This document shows, in pieces, positions 12,664 through 25,164 of a stretch of 64,000 nucleotides of DNA. This stretch comes from Octopus bimaculoides (lineage: Eukaryota). Position 1 is the stretch's first letter. Each line of letters opens with the position of its first letter. The DNA lies in assembly GCF_001194135.2 (NCBI RefSeq), contig NC_068994.1, forward strand, positions 12,141,930 through 12,205,929. The letters run 5' to 3'. A program made the position numbers and the translations under genes. The notes under the pieces are model-generated. The model saw only the letters and a list, made by a program, of their open reading frames with translations. It did not search any database and had not been told where the DNA came from.

Positions 12664-14327
12664 AGTACAACCAGTACTTAAAGAGTTTCTTTCGTTTTCT
12701 AAGTCTCTCTTCAGCATGATACCTTTGATGTAACAACAACTTGCTCCTCTGAGATGCCTCAACGAAGCTCTTAATATCCAGATGCCGACTACAAGTCAAC
12801 CAGTGGCTGCTAAGCTGAATAACACAGGATTTGTAAAGCCAAGCATCACCAAAAATAAAACATATTTTTATTATGTTGTTAATTGTTCTACTGTTTCTTC
12901 ATATATAATTTTGTTGAAAGGTGATAGAGAGAGACTAATGTCTCTATTGCAACTATCAACCTTTTACAGATTTACTATATTCAGTTCAATAGACATCATC
13001 TGTGTATGTGTATAGGTCCAAATTCTATTATGCAACAGAAATTTATATCAGATCAAGGGGTCACCATCTAACTAGGGTATGCAGAAACTCAAGTAGCATA
13101 ATGGGCAGAAAGGATAACAGAATTTTTTGCTTAGTATATAGGATAATACTATTATGATTTGGTCTATTAATTTGATGCTTCCATAATGACAAGTGTAATA
13201 ATAAAATTCAATTAATTTTTGAAGTTATTTTTATTTGTATAAATTTTGCTAATTACAATTATGTAAACCCAAACATAATTTCCAATCAGTGCAATACAAA
13301 AAAAAAACAAAAACAAAAAAAACTATGATATTCTGATGACATTTTGATTTTTATGATATCAGTAATCTGCTGACTGAAGATGTTATTTATTTTTAACAGA
13401 CAGACACACAAATTATATACTCTTATTTGATGTATTTTGTGAGTTTTCTCTTTGTCATACTGTGTTTCCAGGATCCCATTTTTCCACAGAACATGGAATA
13501 GTGAAATTGCAGAGAAGTGATGGAGAGAAGCATTAATTTCAGTTAAATGAATAAATGCTTTTCATGCATGATTACCTTATTTTTCTCTCCAATTTGCAAA
13601 TCCAGATGTGTGTGGATATATATATATATAGTTTTAGGGAAAAGAACCAAGTTTCATGAACTCATAGATGAAAATCCACTGTCACATATAGAAAAATTAA
13701 TAATTAAAAGCACAATAAATATATATATATATATATATATGTGTGTGTATGCATATCTCTATGTATATATGTATAGTGTGTGTGTATATATATATAGACA
13801 TATTTATGTGTGTGTACATATATATATATATATGTATGTATGTATAAAATACATAATCTTGGATGTACAAATCAGAGGATGGAAAAAGGTATTCAATACA
13901 GGGGCCAGACTTTATTCCTTCATTCATAGTTAAAGTTTTATGCTGTCACTTCTCCAACTTTTCCATCTATTCCTGATATATCTTTTTTTTTTTTTTTGAA
14001 GAAAAATACATGTAAGAAATAATGAAACTCAAGTACAACAGTGTGAAGCTTTAGCTTTTCAAAGAACAAGAATAAATATAACCACATATTCAAACTGTAG
14101 ACGCAAACAAAAAGAACATATGAAAAGAAAGAGAATCGAAAAGTGAGTAGCCATTTTGTTTTCAATGGCTCCATCATCTACAATAGGTTTAGTTTTAAGT
14201 CTGTTTTCAACATTCAATCAGATTAATTCCATAAAAGTTTTTTAAATGAGTGCAAACCTGTAGTCATGGTAATTGCCAGTCCTGTAACTCGATTTGGGTT
14301 GCCACTGAAAACTAGGCCTTTTTTGTG

Positions 14328-14541
14328 TAGTGAATTGAAGGTTACCAGTGGAAAACAAGTCCTCCTGACATAGTGAATTAAGGATTAGCACAGAAGACAG
14401 AGTCTTTCTGATGTAGTGAATAGTAGGCTATCATTGAAGACCAAGTCCTCCTCACAATTTGTATTGAGAGTTAGCACAGAAAATGAGGTCTTCATGGATA
14501 TAGTGAATTGAGGGTTACCATTGGAGACAAGCTCTTCCTCA
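14328..14541. repeat. Degenerate 43-bp tandem repeat, 5 units, alternating A/B types
   Basis: Units start at 14328, 14371, 14414, 14457 and 14501, mostly with tagtgaat. Confidence 0.75.
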
Positions 14542-14960
14542 TGTGAATTATGGGTAGGGTGAGAGGAATGTATTTGTGAAAGAAGACCTGGGCCTAATAC
14601 TGTAAGCTAATGAAGCTTTCAGTTTTTCAATGACTGACATTGCTTACAGCTGTGAACTGGCAATTAGGAATTGCCACCTCCGACTTTAGTGGTTGCTGCA
14701 TAACCCTCCCACCACTTAGCTTATCTGTTTTCTGCTTTCTTCTCACATATTCAACAAGTATTCCAGTTGTAGAAGCACTAAACTGTTTATTCATTGAGTT
14801 ATAGTGTGAGTGGCTGAATATTCCACAGACACCAGTAGCCTTAATGTAATCCTTCAGTGTGATGGTGGACCAAAGTGATACACAGTGGATTTGAACAAAG
14901 CCTAACAATTGTAAAAATAACTCTTTAACCATTGTCCCATTGCTGAGGGCCAAACATTCC

Positions 14961-14997
<37 letters not shown>

Positions 14998-15315
14998 TAC
15001 TATGTTGTTAGATTATTAAAAAAAACAAAAAAAACTGAAGTGGACAATTGGGTGTTTCAATGATTTTATAGGTATGAAAACAAATAATGCAAAAGCACAC
15101 ATGAACACAAACACACACACTATTAACTTTTGTCTTTAGAGATGAACATTATTTTCATTTACACTACATTTTGATTTGATTAATCTTTGATTGTCATCAG
15201 GTGCCTTCATCCTGGATGTACANNNNNNNNNNNNNNNNNNNNNNNNNNNNNNNNNNNNNNNNNNNNNNNNNNNNNNNNNNNNNNNNNNNNNNNNNNNNNN
15301 NNNNNNNNNNNNNNN

Positions 15316-15595
15316 AGGATGCAGGCAAGTCCCTCTCCAGAGATTCCAACAAGTTTAGTATCATAGGGGCCCAGTAGGCAGAAGGCAATCAGGTCAGCTG
15401 TGGAGGCAGCAGAGGTTGCCTCAAAGTGCTGTGAATCAGAAGATGTGAGCCCTGGAAGGAGCAGTGCTAACTGGACATGAACTGGAGCTTGATCAACCCT
15501 GGCTAGGTTGCCGGGGGGGGGGGGTGTCTGATGTCGAAAGACCTGAAACACCTAACGAGCCCAGGAAACATCATTGATGATATGTCCAGGTGCAT
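15316..15595 (+). mobile_element. HERO-clade non-LTR retrotransposon 3' fragment (5' part in N gap)
   Basis: Frameshifted AGKSL...AIRSAVEAAEVASKC..IRR and a 3' UTR-like tgatcaaccctggctagg...gggtgtctgatgtcgaaagacctgaaacacc...catcattgatgatatgtcc, resembling HERO ends as recalled. Confidence 0.65.
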
Positions 15596-16303
15596 CATAG
15601 GATGATGTTTAGGAAAATGACCCTTAGTTTGGGACTAAGTGTACAGATTCAAGAATAAGACACCTGATGAGAATCCTAGATCAAGTCAAAGCAAAATGAA
15701 GAAAATATATATTTTTCAATTTTAAAGAATGAAGTTAATTAGTTTGAAAAAATTATAATCTTATTAACAACAAATTGTCTCAGACATTTAATTCATACAT
15801 ACATTTAACAATATTTCCATCCATCAATCTTGAAATGTTCTTAACCCAACATGGTGCCAAGCGAAGAACTCAGCTCATATGAAATGGATAAAGATGTCAA
15901 ACAGCCAGCATGGCTAATCATGTTCATATTAGAATAAAGAGTTCAGTAACCTTAGGCTCAAGTGCAGCAAAAAGGTGCCTAGAGGAATGTTGATTTTGGA
16001 ACCAATCAGTAACTGCAGTATCTAGATGGTGGGGTATAGTATTTTTTTTTTTTTGGTTGGGAGTTGGGGAGAGGGCTCAATATATCACATAGCTCTGTAA
16101 TTCCATTGGGTTCTATACAACAGCATAAACTACCACTACCATCACCTCAACCACTTTAACTTCATTATTACCATATTCAGACAAGACCAACTTTGGTGTA
16201 AAGCAATACTGGTAAAGATTTCTTTCCGAGGCACAAACAGTAAAGGCTATGAGTACAAATACTCATTTGATTAGTCCTAGTCTATAACCAGGCTCATATT
16301 GTT

Positions 16304-16624
16304 TTAACTCTTTTGATTCTGACTCACTTGAAACTGCACCCTGGTTCTACGACATAAACTTTCTGTTTTAAATTGATCTAAATTAAAACTTAACCATCAA
16401 AATTTTTATGCTAATCTATGTTTGAAACATCAGCTTAATTACGATAAAGTTATTTTACTAAATTCTTCAGTATTTTCAAGATTATTTATCATTAATAACC
16501 TGGTTTTCAACATATATTAACATGAAATATTGAGGGAAGGTTTTAATTTGGATGATTTCAAAGCAGGAAATTTGCATCCCGAGAACCAGGGATGTCTCAA
16601 GCAAGTTGGTGTCAAAAGGGTTAA
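16304..16624. mobile_element. piggyBac-like MITE, second family
   Basis: TTAA-ctcttttgat...gtcaaaaggg-TTAA. Confidence 0.75.
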
Positions 16625-17983
16625 ACTGCTTCACACATGACAGTATTTGGTACTAAAACTCTTCACACAGAAAAAGCATTTCCCTTCCCCTGATAAATCT
16701 GAAGTTTTTTTTTTATCTAAGAAATTATCACTCTTGTTATTGTTTAGCCCTAAGCCACATCTAACTGATCCTATGATCAAATATATCTCAGCCATGACCA
16801 CATTGTATTTTTGTATATCATGTATTGTTCAATGCATCTTACTCTTTTTTTTTAAGACAGCAGGTGTGAATTTTGAGATCTAGCTGATGTTTCTAGTAGT
16901 CTGAGAGACTGCCACTCAAAGGTTCCTGCTTAAAAGTTGTGTTGCTTTCTTTATATTTTCCCCATGGGAAGAGCAATGGAAAAGACCAACACAGAAGAAT
17001 GATAGAAAAGGCACCATGCTGCATTGCTGCATCAGAAAAGCAAGATACAATATTTTGCTTCTTGCCTCTCAGTTTTGAGTTCAAATCCAGCCAGACCTGA
17101 CAATGCATTTTAGGAAACACATACACACACACACACACCCACTGCCTCACCACCCAAGTGATGAGGCTGATAAAATAACTAAGAGTAACAACAGCAAGTC
17201 AATTCAAATGAACAAGAAACAATTGGTTTTGTGTATGATTGAAGAATTAGAAGATGGAACTTTCTGGCACAAGCATTGATGCAGCATCAATTTCTTGTCA
17301 AATTGAATGCAAGAATTTGTTTCAATTGCTGTTCACAGCCATTTTACATGCGCCGCTACCCAGTACTTTGTGCCAAGGAAAGAACACAAACACAAACACA
17401 ACACGGTCAAATTGGAGAATGTGCAATGGCAGTCAACTGAATCAAAGATGTTAGTGTTGTTATTCTTATGGAGGAATGGAACACAAAATATAAAAATGCA
17501 TTCAAGTCACTTCTTGCATGAATGAATCAACTCACCTCCATGACACATAATAAATATATTTCTTTCCACAAGATCAACTTGTTTTTTGCAAGGAAGGTGA
17601 AGTTACGGTCAACTGATCAGAAACCAGTACATTACTGGTACATATTTAACAAGTCCAGAAGAAGATGAATGAAAAGAATGTGATCAGAAATTGATAAATT
17701 AGGTATCTGTAATATACTAGAGTCAAGCGACCCACTTGACTAAACTAGCCTCTTAAAAAAATTTTTGAAAATGATAATTTGCCTTGTCTGTAACCATAAA
17801 TTTTTTTTTGTTTCTTATATCCTTTGTTTGCAGTTCCCAACCCCGTGCAATCCCTACCTTTTTTTTTTTTAGCAATTTCTTAATAAATTTGTGCAGGCTG
17901 GGTTCCTTTTTATCTATTTGAAGACATGGAGTGTTTTGGTTTTAGCCCTGCCCAACTACCCATCTCTTTGGGATGAAATGTCA

Positions 17984-18322
17984 TCAAGATATTTGACCAG
18001 GCGTGGACAAGACAGGACGTTGTGCAAGTTCTGTGGCCTTTCGTGCAGTCTCTTTCAATTTCCCTTCTTTGCCGCCATGCACACGAGATATTGTATCTGT
18101 GCTGCTGCTATGTGATGGATCGTGCATGATGTACAACCGAGAGAGGATGTGTTCGAAACCCTTCTGTGTCTTCAGCACATTCTTTTTGTAGCGCTCAAGT
18201 GCAAATGCTTGAATGGCACGTGAAAATCCAAAGATGCTTGAGTTGATGTAGGCCCATCTTTCACACACTGTCCATCTAGTGTTGTCAATGCTGGTGCGAT
18301 AGACGCATTTTTCTTCCAATTG
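17984..18322 (-). CDS. PRELID1: PRELID1 coding exon 3 (to stop)
   Basis: Acceptor tctggtcag; 113 codons including TGA; C-terminal KETARKATELA resembles the PRELID1 tail. Confidence 0.93.
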   Translation of the reverse strand, partial: QLEEKCVYRTSIDNTRWTVCERWAYINSSIFGFSRAIQAFALERYKKNVLKTQKGFEHILSRLYIMHDPSHSSSTDTISRVHGGKEGKLKETARKATELAQRPVLSTPGQIS

Positions 18323-21145
18323 CTGACCAGAAAAAGAAAAAAAAACATTACAAAGGAAAAATAAATAATCTTGAAACATGTAAAACAGATATATTTGAGA
18401 AATAAATAAGGGTACCATATCTGATGCTACAACATATATAAGCTTAAAAAACACATATTGATTTTGGCTAGTCTTTTCTTGACTCACAGCTTGCTAGTCA
18501 TCGAAGCTGTGATTTTGTATATATAAGATATAGGCTAATTTTCAGGGATATATTTCAAAAACAAAAGTGCTTTTTAAAAGCTGTTAAATATGATATGTAA
18601 ATATATATATATAGTTGTTTGTGAATGGATGAAGGCAGCTGCATCAAGTGCCAATCTCTTCATATTTATTCAGGAACACTAGAACCTTACTGCTTCAATT
18701 CAGAAATGACACACCACCAGTTATCTACCACATAAACATAAACCCATATTCTGTATATTATTCCACAATGTTGAAAGTATGTGGTCCAGTGGTTAGGCTG
18801 TTGCACTCATGATCACTAGATTGAGAGTTCAATTCACAGACCAGGCAGCATATTGTGTCCTTGAGCAAAACACTTCATTTCACATTGCTCCAGTACCCCA
18901 TTTCGATCAGGAGTGGGGGGAGGAGTGTTAGTGTTGGCCTGGTTGCCTAGCCATTGGAGTGGCATTATTTGAAGGCTAAAACGATGTAAGCACATTGTGA
19001 CCAGCGATATGTAACAACATCTAATAGCCTGGTCAGTCAAGTGATCAAATGATGTTGGATCCACATTACAACATCCTACATATATTTCATTGTACATACA
19101 TCCACGAGATACAACTTGCATTTGGGCTAACCCCATAAGGACAGTCCCACCATAAAGTCCAATTTTTGTTGTGGGGTGTTGGTTTGTGTGCCTCAATGGT
19201 CATAAGAGCTAACCTAGAGGAGTGGACAGGTTAACCCCTTAGCATTCAGATTAAATTGTATCATAATTCTTATTTATTGACATTGTTTTGAATTAATCAG
19301 ACAGTATCCTGTACCGTTGAGATTTTGATGTGATTGTATATTTTTTGAATGACATTGTAGAGTAGGTGTGAGAGACTCAATCTGGTTGCTTTGAAAATAA
19401 AACAGAATATTTTGGCTGAATTTGGCCAGTTTAAATACTCAAGTATTAAGGGATAGGGACCAAATCAATAGGGATCACCTTATTCTCAGAAAGGGATCAC
19501 CATATTCTCTAAAATGGGTTTGCATAGAGCCAACATCCACACCTAGAAACAAGCTAAGTTACAGAAGCGTCGATGACAATTCAAAATCAAGAAAACCTAG
19601 GAAAGGAAGGCCTTTCCTCAGGGAAACATATGGTAGGGGAAGAAGCCCTCAAGGTTTAAGATTTGATAGGGGATCAATAATAAGGAATTTTACCATAATT
19701 CTCTGCAATCCAATATTTCTGGTGTATGTGATAACAGTTTTGGCAACAGGATCAATAATGGATTCTTCAACAATGCATACATGACGCGTCCGTGATACAA
19801 ATCTTTCACCCCATTTTGGCACAGGGTTTGTCTTGGTTAACAGCCGCTTGGTGTGGAGTTTCTGATTGACGATCTCCCGTGAAATCACATCTTCCGTTAA
19901 AACATGGTTGCTGTGAAAGAGGAGCAGTAAAACAATATCATTAGCAACAATACAAAAGGTAAGACTGTAACATGTTCTATTAACTAAACAAGTAAACAGT
20001 TTAACTCTTTTGCTATCAGTCTGAAACCAGCTCTGCCTCCATCATATAAGCCTGCATCCAGAGACAGGTTTCTGAGTCTTTGCTCGTCATCAGTCTGGAG
20101 TAGCAATGGCCTGCTAGTTGGAGATGCCTGTCAAGCTCTCATAAAGACTTTGAAACATGTCTCTGGATGCAGGTTTAGCTAAGTGGAGGTGCTTGTCTCT
20201 TCCTTGTAAACATAAGAACATAGGAAATGTGTCAAGGCTGACAAGAAGCGGTGCTGCTTCCTAGGGCTAAATAGCAGTAGTATTATTCCCTTCATGGGAC
20301 TGTCACATTAAGTTGACAGCATACAACTACTTTATCGCATCACTACTGCATAAATCTCTCTGAGAGATTTAGAAATGTACTATTTCTACTCTTTGTTATT
20401 TAAATTGATTAAAACAGAGGGATTCCATGTCAACAGAAATATAGTTAATAAAAAAGGGTTAACAAAACAGAGGTAAACACACAAAAAAAACAGGTGAACT
20501 ACAAGAGCCAGCAAGTTAACAAAGGTGAATAAATTTACAAAACAGAAGCAAAGACATTAACAAAACAGACACCAGCAGATTAACAAAACAAGTGAAGAGA
20601 TTGATAAAACATGAGAATAGATTAATGAAAAGACACAGGCATGGCTGTGTGGTAAGAAGTTTGCATCTCAATAAAAGGTTTCGGTTCAGCCCTACTATAT
20701 GGTATCTTGGGCAAGGGACTTCTACCAGAGCCTCAAGCAGACCAAAGTTTTGTGAGCAGATTTGGAAAAACAGAATCTGAAGGAAACCCACCGTATATAT
20801 ATATATATATATATNNNNNNNNNNNNNNNNNNNNNNNNNNNNNNNNNNNNNNNNNNNNNNNNNNNNNNNNNNNNNNNNNNNNNNNNNNNNNTAATAGGAT
20901 AAATTCTTTTATAAAAAATTATCAAGTAGCTAGCGTGAAAAAACCTCACAAGGGAAAAAAATCCATCATTTATTCCCCAAAATATTTTTATTTATATAAG
21001 GGCATTACTATAGACGAATGCCTCACGCTAAGAGGGACTCTAAGGTCAAATTACAATAATAAACACATTTTTAAAAATGTGTTTATTATGGTAGTTTGAC
21101 CTTAGAGTCCCTCTTAGTGTGAGGCATTCATGTATAGTAATGCCC

Positions 21146-21178
<33 letters not shown>

Positions 21179-21820
21179 AACATACATCACCATCGTTTAA
21201 TGTCCACTTTCCATACTGGCATGGGCTGGATGGTTTGACATGGAGCTGGCTAGCAGAGAGCTGTCCAGACTCCAATTGTTTGTTGTGGCATGGTTTCTAT
21301 GGCTGGATACCCTTCCTATAATGCCAAGCACTAGGACAATGTGCTGGGTGTTATTTACGTGCCACTGGCATAGGTGCGTTTACGCAGCACCAGCACGGAT
21401 GCATTTATGCAGCACCAGCATGGGTACTTTTTATGTGACGGAGGCACCAGAAAGGACAAGCTTGCATGTGTGGAAGACGATTTAACTTATGAAAAGGGTC
21501 TTCAGTATATCTGAAATGTGAAGGAAAATATGATGGATAATGAAATGAATAATGTATGGCAAATGTAATGTAATAAATGATAATATATGTGTGTTTAGTT
21601 ATAATCCTCTACAAACCGTGTATTAAAACAGGTTCTACACTGGAACAGGAAATGAGACATACAGACAGAAATGTGAAGAAAGTTGTGCTGTTTTTTTTTG
21701 TTTTTTTAAAACTTTTTAATTAACTAACCTGTATGGATTTGGATAGCGTTGCCAAAATGCAGAAGCTAACTGGTCCCAGGAAAATTTTAAGATTTGAGTG
21801 CCACTGTAATATTTCACCAT
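17984..21820 (-). CDS. PRELID1: PRELI domain-containing protein 1 (mitochondrial Ups1/PRELID1 phosphatidic-acid transfer family), 215 aa, 3 coding exons
   Basis: Joined exons 21820-21729 (MVKYYSGTQILKFSWDQLASAFWQRYPNPYS), 19910-19694 (NHVLTEDVISRE...RLLTKTN...RNIGLQRIM) and 18322-17984 (QLEEKCVY...FALERYKKNVLKTQKGFEHIL...stop); GT-AG sites and phases (2, 0) are consistent; matches the PRELID1 family as recalled, not PRELID3/Slowmo. Confidence 0.95.
18790..19040 (+). mobile_element. Older tRNA-headed SINE family (others about 38132-38400 +, 41725-41990 +)
   Basis: Shared head ...gttcaattc...ttgtgtccttgagcaaaacacttcatttcac and body gtggcattatttgaaggcta. Confidence 0.7.
19694..19910 (-). CDS. 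PRELID1: PRELID1 coding exon 2
   Basis: Acceptor tttcacag; 1 nt plus 72 codons; donor ATG|GTAAAA. Confidence 0.95.
20057..20099 (-). ncRNA. Minimal type-I hammerhead ribozyme motif, stem II partly decayed
   Basis: Minus strand: tccaga-CTGATGA-cgagcaaagactca-GAAA-CCTG-TC-tctgga; perfect 6-bp stem I, canonical core, GUC triplet. Confidence 0.7.
20993..21152. mobile_element. 160-bp spacerless palindrome (foldback MITE-like)
   Basis: 80-bp arms, 5 mismatches, no indels, centre TTTTT|AAAAA at 21072/21073; ends TA-AGGGC...GCCCT-TA. Confidence 0.75.
21729..21820 (-). CDS. PRELID1: PRELID1 coding exon 1 (missed by the ORF track)
   Basis: ATG at 21820; encodes WDQL..AFWQRYPNPY; donor AG|GTTAGT; upstream acceptor ttttcag puts the exon start at 21844. 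Confidence 0.95.
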
Positions 21821-22025
21821 AATCTTCCGATAGAAAATGTGTCTCTGAAAAGTAAAAAAAAAATATCAGAATTAGCAGAGGAACCCTTCAAATTATAACA
21901 CTAAAATATTATTGTTTAATTATATTTAGACTTACTCAAACAGAGACTGCTCTGATTAAGTAGATCTATGGTTTAGGACATTCCGACTTTGTTCATCCCA
22001 TTTATTTTTTTCTTCTTTGCTCATA

Positions 22026-22432
22026 GGCGCAGGAGTGGCTGTGTGGTAAGTAGCTTGCTTACCAACCACATGGTTCCGGGTTCAGTCCCACTGCGTGGCA
22101 CCTTGGGCAAGTGTTTTCTACTATAGCCTTGGGCCAACCAAAGCCTTGTGAGTGGATTTAGTAAACGGAAACTGAAAGAAGCTCATTGTACATATGTATA
22201 TGTATATATATATGTGTGTTTGTGTGTCTGTGTTTGTCCACCCCCCCAACATCGCTTGACAACCGATGCTAGTGTGTTTACGTCCCCGTAACTTAGCGGT
22301 TTGGCAAAAGAGACCGATAGAATAAGTACTAGGCTTACAAAGAATAAGTCCTGGGGTCGATTTGCTTGACTAAAGGCGGTGCTCCAGCATGGCCGCAGTC
22401 AAATAACTGAAACAAGTAAAAGGGTAAAGAGT
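22026..22432 (+). mobile_element. tRNA-derived SINE family A, full length (others: 8014-8370 -, 24825-25325 -, 31159-31445 +, 39425-39543 +, 46381-46710 -, 48992-49390 +, 59427-60029 +, 60449-61260 -; many fragments)
   Basis: Head ggcgcaggagtggctgtgtggtaag...ggttcagtccc, internal (TA)/(TG) tract, tail aaacaagtaaaagagtaaa; recurs throughout the window. Confidence 0.9.
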
Positions 22433-23101
22433 ATATCTCAACCACGTGGTTTTAGGTTCAGTCCAACAGCATGGCACCTTGAGCAAGTATCTTCTACAGT
22501 ATCTCTGGGCCAGCCAACACCTTGTGAATGAATCTGGTAGATGGAAACTAAAAAATATCCATTGTGTATGTGTGTGTGTGTTTGCTTGTATATGACTGTA
22601 AGTGAGCATCACTGTCATATAGGTGATGCTGCTTATTTCCAGTCTTCCACAGAGAAATACATACTTGTTTGGAAACAGGTGAGGGTTGGCAACAGGAAGG
22701 GCATCCAACCATAGAAAATCTGCCTCCACAAATTAACAAATTCAATCCAATCTGTGCAAGCATGGAAAAGTGGACGTTAAGTGATGATGACAAGTACAAC
22801 TCGGCCTACACCATCTAATGTATCTTTCCCTTTTAAGATGGTGAGGTGAATGAAAAAAAGCCAAATTAAGTTGAAAAACCTTATCTAAGGAGATATACAC
22901 ATTTGAAACAGTCCTCCACCATTTGGCTATGTAAAAGAATACATAAATAAAAAAGCATTGGTTATCAATCAATCTTATCTATCATCTTTTGTTTGCTTTT
23001 GTCATTGGATTGCAGCCATGCTAGGGTACCACCTTGAATGGTTTAGTCAAACAAATCAACCCCAGTACTACTTCTTTTTGAAGTGAGGTACTCAACCTAT
23101 A

Positions 23102-23486
23102 GTGGAGGCGCAATGGCCCAGTGGTTAGGGCAGTGGACTCGCGGTCATAAGATCGCGGTTTCGATTCCCAGACTGGGCATTGTGAGTGTTTATTGAGCGA
23201 AAACACCTAAAGCTCCACGAGGCTCCGGCAGGGGATGGTGGCAAACCCTGCTGTACTCTTTCACCATAACTTTCTCTCACTCTTACTTCCTGTTTCTGTT
23301 GTACCTGTAATTCAAAGGGTCAGCCTTGTCACACTGTCACGCTGAATATCCCCGAGAACTACGTTAAGGGTACACGTGTCTGTGGAGTGCTCAGCCACTT
23401 GCACGTTAATTTCATGAGCAGGCTGTTCCGTTGATCGGATCAACTGTAACCCTCAACGTCGTAAGCGAAGGAGTGCCAACAACAAC
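23102..23486 (+). mobile_element. tRNA-derived SINE family B, full length (others: 31627-31798 +, 34547-34838 -, 36760-37145 -, 44081-44462 +, 56842-57219 -)
   Basis: Six near-identical copies; tRNA-like head ggcgcaatggcccagtggttaggg...ggtttcgattccc (A/B boxes) and (CAA)n tail. Confidence 0.9.
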
Positions 23487-25133
23487 TTAACCTACCAGTC
23501 TCTTTTTGCCAAACCCCTAAATTACAGAGATGTAAACAAACCAACACCAGTTATCAAGCAGTGGTAGGGGACAAACACAAAGACGCGCACACATACACGT
23601 ACACGATGGGCTTCTTTCAGCTAAATCCACTTTCTACTAAATCCACTCACACGGCTTTGATTAGCCTGGGAAACAAGCTTCTCACCACACAGCCATACTT
23701 GTACCTATATTGTGTTAAATACTTGAGTCATTAACAAGAGTGCAGTTTTTTTTGCTTTGTTTTTAATACTTAGCATCATCTTTAGAGGTGAAACAATTTT
23801 TAACAACATTTGCATCACAATTATCTCTTCACTGATATGATCTGATCATCATGAGATGTTTTACTCCTGGATGTGTAAATGTCTGGTTGAGATTAGTAAG
23901 TGATAAGATTATAGTTTTTCAGACTAATTAAGCTAACCTTTAGCTATGATTTTTCTTTGTTTTTTTTATACATCTACTCTACATTTTGATCTCTAATCAT
24001 CACCATCATCAGATGCCTACTTATTTCTGGATGTGTACATAAAACCTGACTGGATTTGAATAAGGTACCTATCTTTTTAAACTGAAAGTAATCCACAATG
24101 CAAATGAAATAAAGTTTGTTTCGAATCCAGTCTGGTATTAATGTGAATGTATATGGCTGAGTGTTTAGAATGTCGGACCAACAATTATAAGGTTGTGGTT
24201 TCAATTCCTAGATTGTGAAGCACATTGTGTTTTTTAAGTAATGGGTACCAACAGCTGGTAGGGGTTAACCTAGTGGTGGACTGGTGTTCAGTTTTGAAAA
24301 GGAACATATTGTACTCTCGCTTGCTTGTACATCATACAAGAAGACACTTGCTCATATAAACTAAGTTAAGATCTGGTCATATGAGCTTGCTGATTTATGA
24401 CAGACATAAGACTAACGTCTGGTACTATTCACACATACAGAGATATAACATCTGATGGTGATCGGAGATCAAACAGATCACATTACAGTGTCAATGCAAA
24501 TGCGTTCATTTCAAAAATGACGTTAACAGCCTGAAGAATTTTATCTTATACATTATTCTATCTTATTACCAAGGTGCAGGCATGGCTGTGTGGTAAAGAA
24601 TCCAGCTGTGAAAACTTTGCCGAAACTGACCTCGCCTGTGCCACATAAAAAGCACTAAGTCCACTCTGCTGAGTGGTTGGTGTCAGGAAAGGCATCCAGC
24701 TGTAAAAATCCTGCCGTAACAGTTACAGAAGTCTGGTGCAGGCTTCCGCTTGGCCGGCTCTTGTGGTACCATCCCACCCATGCTAGCATGGAACACGAAT
24801 GTTAAATGATGATATTTGTTTCAGTCATTTGACTGGGGGCCATGTTGGGAACCTGCCTTGAAGGGTTTTAGTCAGATAAATTGATCCCATAACCTTTTTT
24901 TTTAAAGCGTAGTACTTATTCTGTTAGTCTATTTTGCCAAACTGCTAAGTCATGGGGATGTGAACACACCAATGCTGGTTGTCAAGCAGTGGTGGAAGAC
25001 AAACACAAAGACACAGATATATATATATATATATATACATACTCTTTTACTTGTTTCAGTCATTTGACTGCGGCCATGCTAGAGCATCGACTTTAGTTGA
25101 GAAAATCGACCCCAGGACTTATTCTTTCGGTCT

Positions 25134-25164
<31 letters not shown>

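Noticed and set aside
13333-13378. Box C/D snoRNA candidate (CTGATGA...CTGA)
   Set aside because: Too short (about 45 nt), imperfect C box, no terminal stem or evident guide
23102-23175. tRNA genes at the heads of SINE families A and B
   Set aside because: A/B boxes are present but there is no closing acceptor stem, and each continues into a shared SINE body
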